Positions 42,553 through 53,789 of a DNA stretch of 64,000 nt are shown here, piece by piece. Source of the stretch: Octopus sinensis (Eukaryota); the NCBI RefSeq assembly GCF_006345805.1, contig NC_042997.1, positions 40,424,001 through 40,488,000 of the forward strand. The letters run 5' to 3'. Position 1 is the first letter of the stretch; every line of letters begins with the position of its first letter. The notes under the pieces were generated by a model. The model was not told where the DNA came from, ran no database searches, and saw only the letters and a list, made by a program, of their open reading frames with translations. The position numbers and the translations under genes were made by a program.

Positions 42553-42592
<40 letters not shown>

Positions 42593-42661
42593 TGTATGTA
42601 TGTGTATGTGTGTGTAAATGTGCATTTATTCATTTATATATATATATATATATTATATATA

Positions 42662-42768
<107 letters not shown>

Positions 42769-43069
42769 TATATATATATGTATATATATGTATAGGTATG
42801 TAGAAAAATACAACATGGACAAGAACGTATAACTCATAGAAGACGATACAATAAACATGGACAGGTCATTCGAACCCCTCAGTCTTCAGTCAAGAACCGG
42901 ATCATCGTAGTAATTTCGGCTGATTAATCTTGAGATTACTAGATCACGGCCAGCCCTCCAAGAAAAACTAAGCAGGAAGCGTAGATTTCCTGGAAGATAT
43001 ATATATATTTATATATGAAAAAACATGTCAAAAATAGAAAATGCTAAGATGATTTTATAGTGAATCTTT

Positions 43070-43107
43070 CAGTACCGGTTTCGGTCATTTTGAGACCTTT
43101 TCAACTG
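43070..43107 (-). ncRNA. Minimal type-I hammerhead ribozyme motif, U3-A8 variant
   Basis: Minus strand reads CAG-TTGAAAA-GGTC-tcaaaat-GACC-GAAA-CCGG-TA-CTG. Stem I is CAG/CTG, stem II is GGTC/GACC, stem III is the palindrome ACCGGT, and the cleavage triplet is GUA. Confidence 0.7.
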
Positions 43108-43653
43108 TAACGATTAAATAATTAAATTTTGAAAAATTTAGAAAAATTAGAAGAAAGGTTTTTTTAAAGGAATACTTCCATAGTAGTGTTCAGATATATG
43201 TGGCATTCTGCCTTTCTCTGACTCCCTTGTTTGCACTTGTGTATTCGAGGTCGTTGTGAGTTCTTGAGGGGGTGGGAGTGGGAAAATCTGGGCTGGTCAG
43301 TGGCGACCGGCAGTCGCTGCGTAGGCGTTATACTTAAAGACATTAGTGGGGGTAGAAGGTGGAGAAGTAGAAGAAGAAGAAGAAGATGACGGTGCCGATG
43401 ATGATGACGATGAAGAAGAAGAAGGAGAAGGAGAAGATGACGATGATGATGGTGGTGATGACGATGACGACGATGATGATGATAACGATGATGATGAAGA
43501 AGAAGAAGAAGAGGGAGAAGAAGAAAAAAAACAGAGAAGGGAGAATATGAATGGGTGAAGATATAGCTGTTTTGGGGCGATTAGTAATGGATTCTATGGA
43601 ATGTAATATTTGTGTGTGTATATATATTTCTTTTATTCTTAAGTTGAGCTATA

Positions 43654-45509
43654 TTAATTGTTTGTCGTAGACCCGTTAAGAAGTGGCCTGTATTTTATAA
43701 TAAAGAGATTTTCTTTACTTATTCGTTGTCTCGAGGTTGTATCGTCCCTAAATTGGTAGAGGGGGAAAATTCTGAAGTTTGGTGTTTTTTGTTGGCGCAA
43801 GTATCTATGTGTTGGCTAAAAGCTATTTTTCTGTTTTGGGGAATTTTTATCTGGGATCTGTGCAGGGCCATTCGTTTACGCAAACCATTTTTTGTTTGGC
43901 CTATGTACTGCTCTTGACACCCGGAGCAGGTTAGTGAGTATATTAGGTTCTCCGAAGCACATGTGAAGTTGCTTTTCACTGTAAACCGCTGTCCCTGTTT
44001 GAAGGAGAACTCAGAACCCTCGATTAGATAGTCGCATATCCCGCAATTGGGTCTTCCACATTTTTTTACTGTCGGCTTCTGTGTTGAAGAGTGAATTCGG
44101 GCTTGTGTTAGAAGACTTTTCATGGATCTAGGCTGTCTTTGGCTTTTTATGATCGTGTGTGTTTGGAGGATTGTGTTCATTCTGTGGTCTTTTTTTAGGA
44201 GGGGTATGTTGTGGAGGATGGTGCCGAAGGCTTCGTTATTGAGAGGGTTGTGTGTGAAGATGTATGGTAAGGCTTTTGGTTGTAAGTTTTTCTTTGATTT
44301 GGGATGTCTCAGTTCCTTGATGTTAAGTTGAAGAGCACGTTGAATGCACTTGTCAATAAGTGTAGGTGGATAGTTCCTGGTGATAAGGGTATCTTTTAGT
44401 TCTTGTAGTCGTGTGTGTCTGGTGTTTGCATTAGAGACTATAGTGCATATCCTTTTTGCTAGATTGAAGGGGATATTCATCCTGGTGTGTCTGGGGTGGC
44501 ATGAATTGAATGGAAGATATTGCTTAGAGTCTGTAGGTTTATAGTATATGTCTGTTTCTATTATATTATTAGCTTTCTTAATGAGGATATCGAGGAAGGG
44601 AAGTTGTTGCTGGCTATATTCCATCGTGAATTGGATGTTTACGTCCAGCCCGTTTAAAATTTCCTGGAATTCTATGAGTTTTTCTATATTTTTATGCCAA
44701 AGAATGAAACAGTCATCTAGATATCTCTTCCAGTTGTTTTCTATGTAGATGGAGAAAGGGCTGCCATATCTTTCTAGAACCTTACGATATAGACTGATCT
44801 CTAGGTATCCTATGACTAGGTTGGCAAAGGAGGGGGCCATTCGTGTACCCATCGCAGTCCCCGATTTTTGTCGGTAGAAGTTGTCATTGAAGGCGAAGAA
44901 GTTATTTTCCAGGATGAATTTAACCCCTTCTATCACGAATTCTTTTTTGATGCGGTGTGGTAGTTCGTTGGCGTGATTCTCTAGCCAGAATTGGATTGCC
45001 TCTAGTCCTAGGTTGTGGGGGATATTGGAGTAGAGGTTGACTACATCGAAGGATACCAGTATGGTGTTTTGGTTTATAGTATTCGGTAGGTGATTGAGCA
45101 TATCTAAGTCGTCCCTTATATAGCTTTTGACATGTTTGAGGAGTGGTTTTAACAGGGTGTCTAAAAAGTTACTGAGGCGGTGGGTTTCGCATGCGGGACC
45201 TGCTATTATGGGTCTCAATTTGAGGTCATTAGGATTAGGGACTTTAATTATTTTGTCTGTGGCTATCTTGCATGCGTTGCTTATTTTTTCACTTTTGTGG
45301 ATCTTAGGTATACCGTAGAATTGGCTAGTTTTACTTGTGAAATTGGTCATATAATCATATTCTTTGTCGGTGAGCCCTGCTTTGTATGGGTTAAATATGG
45401 ATTTTAGTTCCCTCATTATTTTTTGTTGACTGTAGTTTTGTGCCTTTTCATAGTATGTTGTGTCTTCCAGCATAGAAAGAACCAAAGTTATGTAAAAAGT
45501 CGTATCCAT
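43654..45509 (-). CDS. Penelope-like element (probably Neptune-like) RT + GIY-YIG endonuclease ORF, 5'-truncated, with one frameshift near the C-terminus
   Basis: 596-aa ORF with PLE RT motifs FYGIPKIHK, LRPII, SFDVVNLYSNIP, GTAMGTRMAPSFANL, RYLDDCF, LPFLDI and YYKPTD. A CGRPNCGIC linker precedes the GIY-YIG motif NLIYSLTCSGC..QYIGQT..LRKRM..H. Adding one base in the T6 run at 43785-43790 restores PNFRIFPLYQF...RISKENLFIIKYRPLLN and a stop at 43656-43654. The ORF begins at MDTTFY directly against (TA)n, so the N-terminal region is missing. Confidence 0.95.
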
Positions 45510-46199
45510 ATATATATATATATATATAATATATATATATATATATTATATATATATATATATATATATGCAGCTATATTTATGCATATATTCTTATATA
45601 TATATATATATTTATACATACACTCATACAAACACCTAGACAGGCACACACATACTTATGTGGGTGTGTTGTGCACATGTATATGTTTGTAGTATTTAGC
45701 TACCATGTAAGTAAGTCACGTGGATGAGCATTGTAAACAAGTATTGATTTTTAAATATATAAGGACAGCAAGAGATTGCGAGTACAGCAATTCTACCTGT
45801 TCTCATTTTCATGTTTGTTCAACAGTAAATTAAACTAAATTTTTATAGTTCTACAGAACTGCATAATCGATTGCATGAGATCACATAACAGTATTATTAT
45901 TTCTATGGTGATATCATCCGACAATCTGCACGGGTGTACCAGAACTTATGGCCTATCCGGTGAGACTGGTGTGAAAATTGTCATTTTGTGTTTATATTAT
46001 CCGCTGAGGAGCCATCCGAGCTAAACTCATGAAACGCGACCTGGTCCAGAGTGAATAACGTATTCATATCGATTTGGGATATATATTTTTGTGGTATATT
46101 TTATGTTACCATAAAAATGCCAATTACGCTCTGCCGCTCTACTTTTGCATACAACACTCTTCTCTGTTACACAGAATTATATATACTGGTATATATACT

Positions 46200-46246
<47 letters not shown>

Positions 46247-47091
46247 TGATATATATATAATTACAGACATATACATATGTGTAAAGAGAGAGAGGGAGGG
46301 AGATAAAGAAAGTGCAGAGGAAGAAAGAGAGAGGTTTATGTATATATATAAATACAGGTGTATAAACACACACACATATCCAACTATGTCTCATATATTG
46401 ATTTGTGGCACAATGCCACGCACTTTGAGTAGTTCTCATTCTATCGATCTCTGAAGAACGAAAGGCAAATTTGGCCTTGCTTTGATTCTAACTTAGAGCT
46501 TAAAGTGACATAGCTCAATGACGAAGCCAAACGCAATTTGTCTATTGCTATCGTTTCTGCCATTCCCCACTCTCGTTGTGTGTAATTATATTCGTATGTT
46601 ACAAAAGCAGTGATCAGATCAGTTGAACTGCTTTTTTTTTTTCTTTTTAATTCTCTTCGGGACTTTAATAGCCTCTTTCGGTGTTCTCCCAATATCAATA
46701 TTGGTTTCTCCCTCAGCTAGCTAGAAATATGTGCCTTAAGTTCTTGTAAATGTATTTCGTTGTTCGTCAATGTCAAATTAATAGTGATAAGGGTATGATT
46801 TTTAATATTATTTATATAAAAGAAAAAAAAAGGTGGTGTATGACAGAAGCCTTCTGCCTTTTAGTTACGTCCCTTGATGTTTTCAGTTTATATTCAACCA
46901 GGTTCGATGTTACCTTTCATCTTTCTGATAAAAAGAAAAGTTACACTATATTTTTCATACATTTATACACACGTTTCCATGAATGTACACTCGCGTGTAT
47001 ATATATATATCAATATACATATGTATTTAATATATACACACACACATACATACGCACATACATATATGTATATATATACATACATACATAT

Positions 47092-47220
47092 ATATAAAAT
47101 AAATTAGAAATAAAACCACTATTAGGCAAATCAAACAGTGAAAAACATAAACCAAAACATAAAAAATTAATATAATTTTGATTTGCCTAATAGTGATTTT
47201 ATCTCTAATTTAATTTATAT
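47092..47220. repeat. Inverted repeat, ~35-45-bp arms
   Basis: AAATTAGAAATAAAACCACTATTAGGCAAATCAAA (47101-47135) versus 47177-47211, 2 mismatches, extending outward. Confidence 0.9.
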
Positions 47221-47284
47221 TTATACTGTGAAATTGGATTTAATCCTAAATCTAATTTTTCCCTGTAAATTTGGATTTACTCCC

Positions 47285-47342
<58 letters not shown>

Positions 47343-49411
47343 CATATGTTGGTATGTATGTGTATAAATACATAGATATATGTATTTGTGCATGTGTTCA
47401 TGTATATTTAAATGTGCAGGCACCGACCCACAAGCATAAACCACATAGATTATAGTCGACCAGTTTTCTGTACCGTAAACCAATCACAGAGTGAAAGTAT
47501 AACAAACACTCGAAGATGCAGATTTGCAATTATTCTATGCTTATGAAAAATAGTACGCTTATGGGATAAACGTTTCTAGATATCTATAGAATTTATTAAA
47601 GGATAAAGATTAAAGAAGATAGTCAAAGAACACAGTTCTTAAATCTACTACAAAGGTCATTAAAATACTAATATAATTCAGAATACTAAAGGCTGTGGCG
47701 TAGCAGAGATGATAGAATCCAGAACTAAACTGCTTATATTATGTTACAGTGGGGACGACTTTAACTTTTAGCTTTACGCGATCGATAAAATAGATACCAA
47801 TTAGAAAATGGACATACACAATTATTTCTTACTCATAAAAGTTGCTATCCTTGGGTCAATGTGAGAAACATTTGAAGTGCCATATTCCAAGGGAGATTGC
47901 ATGGAGCTGAGTTGGAATCTTATTTGTAACAATTTCATTATATTAATGTCGCTCATGTCCTTAAGAAAAACGGGAAACCGTACAATCTCTTTTTCCGTCC
48001 TCTCATACATTTGCGATCTTGCATCTATGTAAAAAAAAAAGAAAAAAAAAATCAATATTTCTGACGTTGTCTAAGCAAATGAATTCTTCCTTGTTTCTCC
48101 TTTCTTTACATGTACCAATCATAGAACTGAAGCTGGTACAAATGAAATATTATTGTACAGATTCGTCTCTTCCATATTCTTCTCATTCCCCGAAAGTTGA
48201 TCTATATGTCGATCCTATTTTCCAATCTGTGGTCATCCTATATTTCTTTTCTTTTTTTTCGTACAATATATGGAAGACAGAATTATCCAATTTGTTTTTC
48301 CATTTTAAACATCGAAGGAAGTGATCTGAGGATGATTTGATTACCAATTCTAAAATATGTTCACAGCTTCACCTTCACATACAAACATCATCATATTACT
48401 GCTTTCCACACTTTCTGAGATATGTTGCTGCATAACTATAACTTCTATATCAACCACTTTCAGATCTGTATCCAAACAAACTAAAAGTCCCACCCCACCA
48501 ATCTACCTACTCTTCTCTTAATACTAATAGTCCAAAAGAACACGATGCAAAATATAACATCAAACTCAACAGCATAAATATTACACACACACACGCGCGC
48601 ACAACGGATGAAAATACTAGGGAAAATACTAGGGAAAACGCAGAAAGCCACTTCAACGTTTACAGAAGAAAAAGTCAAGAGAAACAGTCAGCGCACAATC
48701 ATTCTTAGAGCAATTATTGTTCTCACATTCGGTCTAGAGACGTACTCACACAAATACATACATGTGTATTCAGACACACGCACACATACACACAAACACG
48801 CATACAAACAATAGTACCCTCATGCATATTCAGTATTAAAAACTATCATAAATTATGCCTGTCCTACTTAATCAGGCATTGTTTTTTTACAACCAGTCAC
48901 TTATAGTAAACAACTAAGCTCACAAAATGACGCACTTCACATTGTATTAGTCTGCACGTCGTCATTAGCCAGATTCCCCTACTACACAATCAAATAAAAC
49001 TACTCCTTAATAACTAAAACTCAATCACACACCGACACTGAGATATATCTACCGCAGCCAAGTAAAACTACGAAGGAGAAGCCTTAATACGATCAACCGA
49101 TTTGCTAGAAATAGCACCGAAATCTCTTAGCAATTCTACTGTACCGTCTTAATACCATATATATACATACGTCTGATCATGTATATCATATGATATGTAT
49201 GATCAATAAGTATCTGGACTGTTACCAAAGTAACGAAGCTAAAGCACGCAGTATAAAGCCGCTTGATACAGATTGATCTTAAATCTGCTGTGCATATGCA
49301 CTAAATTTTAACGTTCTAGCTCACGCCTACTGTTGACAGCAGTGCTTGGAAGGAAAGTGTGTAGCATGTGATCGTCGCATTGACCATGACAGAATCCGTT
49401 GAGCAGATAAT

Positions 49412-49487
49412 CTGCATCAAATATCTGATACTTCATCAAATATCTGATACTTCATCAAATATCTGATACTGCATCAAATATCTGATC
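49412..49487. repeat. Tandem repeat, 4 x 19 bp
   Basis: CT(G/T)CATCAAATATCTGATA x4, contiguous. Confidence 0.95.
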
Positions 49488-49611
49488 AGACTTCGTGTAC
49501 GTGATATTTATTGATCAGACTTCGTGGGTGTGGGTGTGTGGATGTGTGTGTGAGTGTGTGTGTGTGTGTATGTGTGAAATAGAGAGAGAAAGAGAGACTA
49601 TGGGTAATGTA

Positions 49612-50495
49612 AGGATCTTTTTGGTTTTTGTCACTGTCTATTATTTTGTTCCAATTGTTTTCAAATTTGGTATATAAGCTTTGTATAGTAATTATGAGAA
49701 CAAAATTTATTTTCCCCATAAATCCACTATTAAAAAGTTATTAGCCTTTAAACTTTGCAAAATTTAGGTATTTTAGCTAATCAGAAGCAAGTATTTTACA
49801 CATCACAGTGCGAAGAACTCTACGTAAGCAAAGAAGCACTACGAGTTCCATAGCTGATTGCGAAGAACTCTGTTTCCATAGTGAGCAAAGATACTCCGCA
49901 TGCGCACAAAGAATGTAACCACCACTTGTTCTACAGTTGTTTGTTTTCATAACCGATGAGACTCACACTCAACAAATTGAAAGTACCTGGGCATCTTTAA
50001 AACGTGGAAGCAATCGCCGGTGTGGGACATACCGTTCCATGGTTGACTCTTATCTTTGTGAATTCACGTGGAGAAGATTTGAGAAAGATAATTTATTTTA
50101 TAAAACCCTAGAGTGTTTTGTAAACTTTCGTTCTTGAATTTTTTAAACTAATAACTGTTTTAAGCAATGTTTTTACTCATTTCTAGCAACTCCTGTTGGT
50201 TTGCCCGTTGCTTTTAAATATTTAGTTTGCTCGTAAATGTTTTAATGTTTTTCGCTGTTTACTGTAGCTAGTTTAATGTTCTGACATGCCTGTCCCTTCC
50301 CGTCCCCGGTGATGGAAGACGCAGCGAACGCGCTGTTTTCTGTTAGAATGAAAATTCTGAAAATTATCAAACTTTCAACACCTGTAACATTTTCGCAAAT
50401 TTCTTCTGGAATAAATGAATAACGAATTTAAAGATTTCGATATGTAGTGATGAAAACCAGAAAGATCCTAAAACGACGGCGACAACTAGAACCCC
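49612..50495 (+). mobile_element. Merlin/IS1595(ISXO2)-family DNA transposon remnant
   Basis: ORF 49937..50137 contains THTQQIESTWASLKR...GTYRSMVDSYLCEFTWRR, matching the C-terminal DDE-E helix motif HTxxIExxWxxLK...YLxEFxWR. Degenerate inverted ends lie at 49612-49641 and 50440-50469 (24/30 match). Confidence 0.7.
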
Positions 50496-52589
50496 TTTGA
50501 TTACACAGCTGCAATGATGTCGACACCCCAGACATTGTATATCCAACGCATTTCAGAAGGACTCATAAAACATTTACCTAACTATAGCAGTAACATCAAT
50601 CACGGCAATTACCGGAAAGAATATGCAAGGATGAACTCCGTTGATGCTCAGTGTAGAGAAACTACTGCTGATCTTCATATATAAAATCACAACATAGCGC
50701 AGTACACATTATCAAACTGAGGCATGGCATATTTGGAATAATAGATCTGTTGATCCTATCCAAACATTCGAACTATTTACTATCGTATGTTTCTACTTGT
50801 TAAGTACAAATAAAGATGAACAATATTTTTAGTTTGAAACCAAAGGCAGAAACGAAAGAGGAGTTGAACTGTTTTTTCTCCATTCCTCAGAGCAATTATG
50901 ACATCGGTAACATAAAGCTGAATCGATCTCAGTCTTATATTTATTCAGATGTTGGAAATATATCTTTTTGATACATGAATGGTATTAAGAAACTTCGACA
51001 TCATTTTGATGTATTTTTTTTCACATCTTGTTACATTGACAAGCTTTAAGATATCTATCAGTTCTGTCGAAAACTCTACCAAAGAAAATCGACGAACCAT
51101 CGAACGATAAATATATTTACTTGTTTGATTTTGGTTGAACTCTTGTTATTGATTAAAAAAAAAAATATTTATTGAATAATACATTTTGATTCATTTCTCG
51201 TCTCTCAAACTATTTTCAAATAAAATTTAATCTTTACATTTTCTCCATTAATATTTTGTCATTTCCACTCGAAAATGATAATGTTTTTGATAACATTAGC
51301 ATTAAAATATTTACAAACATCACACAACTGTCGATATGGTAAGTCTATTTAAGATGATAGAAATAAATGGAAGTAGGAGAATAATCATTTTTCTTTTAAT
51401 GAGACAAAAAAAAGAGAAAATAAGAAACGTGAGTAGCAAAGAATGTGGTGCTAATATTTCTATGCCATTATCTGTTCAACAGTAATTTCCAATTTAAAAC
51501 ATGGCTGTTTCATGACAACAATTCGTTTTCTTTTAAATTGTCTAACCAAAGAACAAATATTTAAATGTCTTTTATAAAGGCAGGCAAGAAAGAATTTTAA
51601 TGAAAGAAAGCAAAACAAAGAAAGAAATGTAGAATCCCAATGATCATTTGTTTATTTTTGCAGATGAAAATCCCATTTCTTTATCAGTAGACATTCAACA
51701 GGTATACCCAAAAATAGTCGAGAAATAATGACTCAATCTCGCAATGCAAAATATTTTGCTGAAAGGCTTTTTGGTAACAGGAGGAAATCGTTTTATATCA
51801 AACTTCACTTACTAGAGATGATGAGGTTATTATTTTCTTAAATATTATGTATTTTCCCATAGGTTGTATAATAATGAAATGCACAGGAAAGAAGTATAAC
51901 AATATTTTCTGACACTTTAGCGTTCTTATTCTGATTGCTGTGGGATTCACTGATTCTTGTTTGTAAATATGTTGTTGCAGTACGTAAATCGCCACAAGAG
52001 AAGAACCAATGTTACTAATTTAGATCATAGGTCTGCTCAATAGCGACAGCATTAAAAATGGTAGAAGGAGAGAGGAAGAAAGAGAGGGCTAGGAAGTGAG
52101 AGAAAGAAATAGAGAGATAGAAAGAGAAAGAGGGAGTTTGTGTGTGTATGAATGTGTCTTTGTTTGTGTGTGTGTGTGTGTTTGATAGGAGAACGCTATT
52201 AATCGGGAAAATAAGACTGACAAGTCAAAGCCACCACTTGCGTTTCATCTTTCACCTTGTTTCTTTAACATTTTGCTACCAACAGAAAAAGTAACGACTT
52301 TGATGAGAAGAAGGTAATACAACCTCTATTTTCATTTACATTAGAATGAGTATTCAACTTGATTTTCGCATCTGTTTATCTATCTATTATTAGTAGTATG
52401 AGAAAAGTTTCTTTGGTATCTGTTGTAATTGCACATCATCCGCCGGGTTCCTCGTGGACTTCTGAGATACATAAAGGATGTGATGTTCTTAATTCACTGG
52501 ATGATTATATGATGTCGAGAAAAGCCATGACTGGATGAATTAAAAAGATGATGGTGTTCTTCGTAAATCGTGCAAAATATGCATTAGGG

Positions 52590-52809
52590 TTTCTCTTCTT
52601 CTTCTTCTTCTTCTTCTTCTTCTTCTTCTTCTTCTTCTTCTTCTTCTTCTTCTTCTTCTTCTTCTCTTCTTCTGCTTCTTCTGCTTCTTCTTCTTCTGCT
52701 TCTTCTGCTTCTTCTTCTTCTTCTTCTTCTTCTTCTTCTTCTTCTTCTTCTTCTTCTTCTTCTTCTTCTTCTGCTTCTTCTTCTTCTTCTTCTTCTTCTT
52801 CTGCTTCTG

Positions 52810-52870
<61 letters not shown>
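52590..52870. repeat. (CTT/CTA/CTG)n compound microsatellite
   Basis: Direct inspection. Confidence 0.98.
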
Positions 52871-52871
<1 letters not shown>

Positions 52872-52904
52872 TCTTTTTCTTGCTTCATATTCTTCTTTCA
52901 TATT

Positions 52905-53377
52905 ATTGTTATTATGGAGTGAGAGAGCAGCGCATGCCATCAAAGCGACACTGGGGTAAAATATACAAAACCCAGTATACACATCATGACTACCCATCTG
53001 ATAAGAGTACACCAGATACATGCATTACATCCATATGTGCTCCACATGGTGATCTCGTATCAAGAAAAAACAGCGGATAACCTTGTAGGGTGGGCCCAGT
53101 TAGAACTTTCTTCGGTTTGAGTAGCCCATCCTGCTCAATAGGTCCCTGAATAAGGATTGTTTAAGGATGTTAAACAAAACACCCATGTTCCCAGATGTGT
53201 ATTATTCAAACCCCAAAAGAATTCCTCTCAACACATGGCTATGATGCTCCCCCACTACTTCTGCTCGTGATCAGAGATGCACATATTGTCAGCCACCAAG
53301 GGACATGCTCAACTGGTTAAGGTCAAACAACTGACATGTAAATCTGTGGTATTGAGCAGAATATTTGCTGTAGCCCA

Positions 53378-53378
<1 letters not shown>
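52905..53378 (-). mobile_element. Interspersed repeat family D
   Basis: Second copy of 29364-29787, with an (AAT)n tail. Confidence 0.75.
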
Positions 53379-53529
<151 letters not shown>

Positions 53530-53785
53530 TGCATTTAATCTACATGCTTGTTACAATCACCTGCCTAGACATACCCGGTGTCCAAGGGCGAGTGAAGGAT
53601 AAGAGATGTTTCAGAATGACAGAAAACTTGGGAGGTGAAGAGGAAGAGGCAGTAGCGAAATATCTTCAATGCAACACAGACATTAAATTGATAGGGTTTT
53701 TCTTAGGTTCTGAGCAATACTTGTAAGCACAATCTTTAGGATTTGTCTGAGACATGGTTCTCCTGGGATATTATCTAGATACTAT
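53530..53785 (-). mobile_element. 3'-terminal fragment of a second R4/Dong-type LINE
   Basis: Minus strand reads LDNIPGEPCLRQILKIVLTSIAQNLRKTLSI*, resembling the C-terminus of R4-type ORFs. A short UTR and an (AAT)n tail follow. Confidence 0.6.
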
Positions 53786-53789
53786 TATT

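Larger units (their letters stand above)
42133..42561. repeat. Near-perfect inverted repeat (~205-bp arms, loop of only a few nt)
   Basis: The left arm TAAAACATTATTGGTGAATTG...CAAATCGAACTG is mirrored by CAGTCGATTTG...CAATTCACCAATAATGTTTTA. The differences seen are small indels, including one extra 6-bp AGGCAG unit. Confidence 0.97.
42805..45509 (-). mobile_element. Penelope-like retroelement copy (ORF + 3' UTR/pLTR-like region), flanked by (TA)n at both ends
   Basis: RT-EN ORF followed by ~850 bp of non-coding sequence containing a GAA/GAT low-complexity tract and an HHR motif at 43070-43107. (TA)n tracts lie at 42561-42800 and 45510-45615. The 3' boundary is approximate. Confidence 0.8.

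Noticed and set aside
42860-42965. Additional HHR-like pieces in the Penelope 3' region (CTGAAGA...GAAT; GGCTG...CAGCC-GAAAT)
   Set aside because: Neither has a complete core with consistent stems I-III.
43346-43558. Acidic poly-E/D ORF
   Set aside because: It is a GAA/GAT low-complexity tract antisense to the Penelope 3' UTR.
49412-49487. CRISPR-like array
   Set aside because: The repeats are contiguous with no spacers, there are no cas genes, and the context is eukaryotic.
51664-51728. Possible exon DENPISLSVDIQQ after a strong acceptor
   Set aside because: The donor is weak (GTATAC), the segment is short, and it cannot be linked to the other candidate exons without transcript data.
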